This document shows, one piece after another, positions 60,265 through 64,000 of a stretch of 64,000 nt of DNA. How positions within the stretch are numbered: the first letter of the stretch is position 1; each line of letters opens with the position of its first letter. The translations under genes and the position numbers were made by a program. The stretch covers positions 4,991 through 68,990 of the forward strand of contig SLCE01000051.1 of NCBI GenBank assembly GCA_007125985.1. Reading direction: 5' to 3'. Origin of the DNA: Ectothiorhodospiraceae bacterium (GTDB taxonomy: Bacteria; Pseudomonadota; Gammaproteobacteria; Nitrococcales; Aquisalimonadaceae). A model generated the notes under the pieces. That model ran no database searches. It was not told where the DNA came from and saw only the letters and a list, made by a program, of their open reading frames with translations.

Positions 60265-63147
60265 ATGAAACTGATGAAGAAAAGCGGTGCGGCGGCAAGC
60301 TCCTCCCTGGCCCCCGGCCTGCTGGGCAAGGCCATCGGTCGACGGACCTTCCTGCAGGGAACCGGTCTCGCGGTGGGGGGCGCGGCAGTGGCGGGCCTGT
60401 TGCCCACCAGCATGGTGAAAAAGGCCAAGGCAGCGCGGCGCATTGACCCCAATGCGGAGATCCGTCGCGTCAAGACGGTCTGCGGTCATTGCTCCGTCGG
60501 ATGCAGCACCATCGCAGAAGTACAGAACGGCGTCTGGATCGGCCAGGAGCCGGCTTTCGACAGCCCTATCAACCTGGGCGCGCATTGTGCCAAGGGCGCG
60601 GCCCTGCGTAACCACGGCCATAGCGCGCGACGGGTCAAATACCCGATGAAGCTGACCAACGGCCGCTGGCAGCGCATGAGCTGGGAGGACGCCATCAACG
60701 AGATCGGCGACAAGCTGTTGCAGATCCGGAAGGACTCCGGGCCCGACGCGGTATGGTTCGCCGGGTCTTCCAAGGCGAACAACGAAGGGGCCTACCTGCA
60801 GCGGAAGTTCGCCGCATTCTGGGGCTCCAACAACTGCGATCATCAGGCCCGTATCTGCCACTCCACCACCGTGGCCGGTGTGGCGAACACCTGGGGCTAT
60901 GGCGCCCAGACCAACTCGTACAACGACATCAACAAGTCGAAATGCATCGTCATGTGCGGGTCCAACGCCGCCGAAGCCCATCCGGTGGCCATGCAGATGA
61001 TCCTGCGTGGCAAGGAGCAGGGTGCGAAGCTGATCGTGATGGATCCGCGCTTCACCCGCACCGCGGCCCATTCGGACATCTTCGTCCGGTTCCGGTCCGG
61101 GACCGATGTGCCGCTGATCTGGGGCATTCTCTGGCATGTCTTCGACAATGAGTGGGAGGACCGGGAATACCTGCGTCAGCGCGTGTTCGGCATGGATCGG
61201 GTCCGCGAAGAAGTGGCGAAGTGGACGCCCGACGAAGTGGAACGGGTGACCGGCGTGAGCCGGGAGGGCCTCTACGAGGTGGCGAAGACCATGGCCGAAA
61301 ACCGTCCCGGCACCTTTGTCTGGTGCATGGGCGGTACCCAGCACACCATCGGCAGCAACTACGTGCGCGCCTACAACTGCCTGCAGCTGGCCCTGGGCAA
61401 CATCGGTGTCGAGGGTGGTGGTGCCAATATCTTCCGCGGCCACGACAACGTACAGGGCGCGACCGACATCGGCCCGAACCCGGACAACCTCCCTGGTTAC
61501 TACCCGATCTCGGAGGCTGGCTGGCAGCATTGGTGCCGTGTCTGGGACGTGGACTACGAATGGCTCAAGGCCCGGTTCGATGACAACGAGTACGACGACG
61601 GCCGCGGCGGCACCATCAAGCCCATGAACACGGGTGGCATCACGGTGTCGCGCTGGATCGACGGGGTGTTGGAGCAGAAGGAGAACATCGCCCAGAGCGA
61701 CAACATCCGTGCTGTCATGTTCTGGGGGCATGCACCCAACTCCCAGACCCGCGGGCCGGAAATGAAACGCGCGATGGAGATGCTGGATCTGCTGGTCGTC
61801 ATCGACCCGTATCCGACGGTGTCGGCGGTGTTGCACGACAGGAAGGAGAACACCTACCTGCTGCCGGCTGCCACCCAGTTCGAGCAGTCCGGTTCCGTGA
61901 CCGCGTCGAACCGCTCCATTCAGTGGCGTGATCAGGTCATCGATCCGCTCTATGAGCACAAACCCGACGGGGAGATTGCCTACCTGCTGGCGAGCAAACT
62001 GGGCTTCGCCGATGAGATGTTCAAGCACATCGAGGTGAGGGACAACAACCCCGTGCCAGAGAGCGTCCTGCGGGAGATCAACCGGGGGGCCTGGTCCATT
62101 GGCTATACGGGCCAGAGCCCGGAGCGGCTCAAGGAGCATATGGCGAACCAGGGTCACTTCGATGTGGTGAGCCTCAAGGCGGAAGGCGGGCCGCTGGATG
62201 GCGAAACCTATTGTCTCCCCTGGCCCTGCTACGGCACACCGGAAATTAAACACCCCGGAACACATGTGCTGTATGACACCAGCAAACACGTCATGGAAGG
62301 CGGCGGCAACTTCCGCGCCAATTTCGGGACGGAGTACGAGGGCGAGACCCTGCTGGCCGAGGATTCCTGGTCCAAGGGTGCTGCCATTGAGGGTGGCTAT
62401 CCGCAGTTCGATTCGGAACTGCTCAAGCAACTCGGCTGGTGGGATGACCTGACCGAGGATGAAAAGCGCCAGGCAGAGGGTCGGTCATGGACCACGGACC
62501 TCTCTGGCGGCATCATCCGCGTGGCCATGAAGCACGGTTGTCATCCCTTCGGCAACGCCAAGGCCCGGGCCTATGTCTGGAACTTCCCCGACCCGGTGCC
62601 GATTCACCGTGAGCCCCTGTACACCCCGCGGTACGACCTGGTGTCGGATTACCCCACCTACGAGGACCGCAAGGTGTTCTACCGGCTGCCCACGCGCTGG
62701 AAGTCGGTACAGGCGCGGGATTACAGCCGCGAGTTTCCGCTCATTCATACCTCGGGCCGGCTGGTGGAGTACGAGGGCGGTGGCGAGGAAACCCGCTCCA
62801 ACCCCTGGCTCGCCGAGCTGAAGCAGGACATGTTTGTGGAGATCAACCCGGCAGATGCGAATGATGCCGGCGTGCGGGACGGTCAGATGGTCTGGCTGGA
62901 AGGGCCGGAAGGTGGTCGCATCCGCATCAAGGCACTGGTCACGCACCGGGTGGGTCGTGGCACGGTCTTCACACCGTTCCACTTTGGTGGGCACTTCCAG
63001 GGGGAGGACCTGCTCAGCAAGTACCCGGATGGTTCGGCGCCGTATGTGCGCGGTGATTCCACGAATACCGCCACCACCTACGGCTACGATGCCGTGACCA
63101 TGATGCAGGAAACCAAGACCACGCTGTGCCGTGTGGTGCCCGCATAA
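60265..63147 (+). CDS. fdhA: Formate dehydrogenase alpha subunit (Mo/W-bisPGD, Cys type, TAT-exported)
   Basis: RRTFLQ signal, N-terminal 4Fe-4S motif CGHCSVGC, and active-site ARICHSTT with Cys (TGC at 60856) where Sec-type enzymes have U. 960 aa. Confidence 0.93.
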   Translation: MKLMKKSGAAASSSLAPGLLGKAIGRRTFLQGTGLAVGGAAVAGLLPTSMVKKAKAARRIDPNAEIRRVKTVCGHCSVGCSTIAEVQNGVWIGQEPAFDSPINLGAHCAKGAALRNHGHSARRVKYPMKLTNGRWQRMSWEDAINEIGDKLLQIRKDSGPDAVWFAGSSKANNEGAYLQRKFAAFWGSNNCDHQARICHSTTVAGVANTWGYGAQTNSYNDINKSKCIVMCGSNAAEAHPVAMQMILRGKEQGAKLIVMDPRFTRTAAHSDIFVRFRSGTDVPLIWGILWHVFDNEWEDREYLRQRVFGMDRVREEVAKWTPDEVERVTGVSREGLYEVAKTMAENRPGTFVWCMGGTQHTIGSNYVRAYNCLQLALGNIGVEGGGANIFRGHDNVQGATDIGPNPDNLPGYYPISEAGWQHWCRVWDVDYEWLKARFDDNEYDDGRGGTIKPMNTGGITVSRWIDGVLEQKENIAQSDNIRAVMFWGHAPNSQTRGPEMKRAMEMLDLLVVIDPYPTVSAVLHDRKENTYLLPAATQFEQSGSVTASNRSIQWRDQVIDPLYEHKPDGEIAYLLASKLGFADEMFKHIEVRDNNPVPESVLREINRGAWSIGYTGQSPERLKEHMANQGHFDVVSLKAEGGPLDGETYCLPWPCYGTPEIKHPGTHVLYDTSKHVMEGGGNFRANFGTEYEGETLLAEDSWSKGAAIEGGYPQFDSELLKQLGWWDDLTEDEKRQAEGRSWTTDLSGGIIRVAMKHGCHPFGNAKARAYVWNFPDPVPIHREPLYTPRYDLVSDYPTYEDRKVFYRLPTRWKSVQARDYSREFPLIHTSGRLVEYEGGGEETRSNPWLAELKQDMFVEINPADANDAGVRDGQMVWLEGPEGGRIRIKALVTHRVGRGTVFTPFHFGGHFQGEDLLSKYPDGSAPYVRGDSTNTATTYGYDAVTMMQETKTTLCRVVPA

Positions 63148-63168
63148 ACCGAATGGAGGAGAGCCATC

Positions 63169-63759
63169 ATGGCCAGAATGAAATTTCTCTGTGACGCGGA
63201 GCGCTGCATCGAATGCCAGGCCTGTGTCACGGCGTGCAAGAACGAGCACGAAGTGCCCTGGGGCGTAAACCGGCGACGGGTCATCGTCATGAACGACGGC
63301 CGGCCCGGTGAAAAATCCGTTTCGGTGGCCTGCATGCACTGCTCGGATGCGCCATGCGCGGCGGTCTGCCCGGTGGACTGCTTCTACACCACGGCAGACG
63401 GTATCGTGCTACACGATAAGGACCTGTGCATTGGTTGCGGTTACTGCTTCTACGCCTGTCCGTTTGGTGCGCCACAGTACCCGCAGCAGACGGCTTTTGG
63501 TGTGCGCGGCAAGATGGATAAGTGCACCTTCTGCGCCGGTGGTCCGGAGATCGCGCATTCCGAGGAGGAATTGACCAAGTACGGAACCAACCGTATCGCG
63601 GAGGGCAAGTTGCCGCTCTGCGCGGAGATGTGCGCCACCAAGGCCTTGCTGGCCGGTGACGGTGACATTGTTGCTGATATCTACCGCAAGCGGGTGATGC
63701 GTCGTGGCGGTCGGCCCCAGACCTGGGGTTGGCAGGCTGCATACGGCCAGGATGCCTGA
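63169..63759 (+). CDS. fdhB: Formate dehydrogenase beta (4Fe-4S) subunit
   Basis: CIECQACVTACK, CMHCSDAPCAAVCP, CIGCGYCFYACP and CTFC motifs. Confidence 0.9.
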   Translation: MARMKFLCDAERCIECQACVTACKNEHEVPWGVNRRRVIVMNDGRPGEKSVSVACMHCSDAPCAAVCPVDCFYTTADGIVLHDKDLCIGCGYCFYACPFGAPQYPQQTAFGVRGKMDKCTFCAGGPEIAHSEEELTKYGTNRIAEGKLPLCAEMCATKALLAGDGDIVADIYRKRVMRRGGRPQTWGWQAAYGQDA

Positions 63760-63772
63760 GTCCGGCTGGGGC

Positions 63773-63796
63773 CCGGGGCTCCCAGGGGAGCCCCGG
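63773..63796 (+). terminator. GC-rich hairpin after fdhB (attenuator/terminator candidate)
   Basis: CCGGGGCTCC-cagg-GGAGCCCCGG is a perfect 10-bp stem, followed by AGTTTCC, a weak U-tract. Confidence 0.35.
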
Positions 63797-63832
63797 AGTT
63801 TCCATAAAACGCGAATCAAAAGGAGCCCAACC

Positions 63833-64000
63833 ATGCCGAACAAAGCCATGCTCGCCCTGGCGGCCGCTGCCAGCTTGTCCCTACTCACCGCTTGCGGGTC
63901 CGATGTGACCATCTACGAAGCGGGCGTGTACAAGGGCAAGCACGATGAGACGGCCACCGAGGAAGCAGCGCAGCGCCGTCAGGATCAGCTGCGTGATCGT
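63833..64000 (+). CDS. Lipoprotein (N-terminal part; 3' end lies outside the window)
   Basis: AGGAG RBS 7 nt upstream. Signal peptide with lipobox LLTAC. ORF is open to the window end. Confidence 0.6.
   Translation, partial: MPNKAMLALAAAASLSLLTACGSDVTIYEAGVYKGKHDETATEEAAQRRQDQLRDR

Noticed and set aside
60856-60858. Possible selenocysteine (in-frame TGA) in the formate dehydrogenase alpha subunit
   Set aside because: The catalytic codon is TGC (Cys) and the ORF is uninterrupted, so no recoding is needed.
59854-62430. 858-aa minus-strand ORF
   Set aside because: Antisense to the formate dehydrogenase alpha gene. Low-complexity, Arg/Gly/His-rich product. The plus-strand frame carries all FDH motifs.

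Overview
High-GC, gene-dense chromosomal segment of a gammaproteobacterium. ectABC-ectD, acidic protein tails and the cco-hemN-fnr synteny suggest a halophilic Ectothiorhodospiraceae/Chromatiales-like organism, but this is inference only. Gene order, left to right: suf Fe-S assembly (sufC partial, sufD, sufS, sufU-type); a REC-REC-GGDEF regulator; dsbB; mrcB coupled to an LpoP-like TPR lipoprotein and a DinG/YoaA helicase; ectoine/hydroxyectoine genes on the minus strand, split by two intrinsic terminators; an MFS transporter and tsaB; hemN and fnr; ResB; the complete cbb3 oxidase locus ccoNOQP-ccoGHIS; class I fumarase; a CBS / PII-like / DUF1538 membrane module; a TetR-SDR-acyl-CoA dehydrogenase-MDR reductase block; sufE; moaDEB; sodC, a TAT Rieske-like protein and a periplasmic ankyrin protein; apbC; an orphan sigma54 activator; mobA coupled to a P-loop-dead NACHT-like TPR protein; a YqeC-like / Asp-box propeller operon divergent from a JAMM + CysO-like ubiquitin-fold pair; moeA and moaA; and a periplasmic Mo-bisPGD formate dehydrogenase cluster (DUF3305, DUF3306, ferredoxin, TorD-like, TAT peptide, alpha, beta). 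I recognised no rRNA, tRNA, CRISPR array, transposase or integrase. The best candidates for undescribed biology are: (1) the JAMM / GG-terminated sulfur-carrier / cytoplasmic Asp-box propeller / YqeC-like module inside the Moco locus, together with a canonical MoaD that carries a 5-residue extension past its Gly-Gly; (2) a dispersed ~35-45 nt intergenic repeat family with four full copies and one half copy in this window; (3) the degenerate NACHT-TPR protein coupled to mobA; (4) the fused tandem DUF1538 permease-like protein with PII-like and CBS partners. All start codons are inferred from RBS, overlap and homology logic and were not verified. Many long antisense ORFs in the track are high-GC artefacts.
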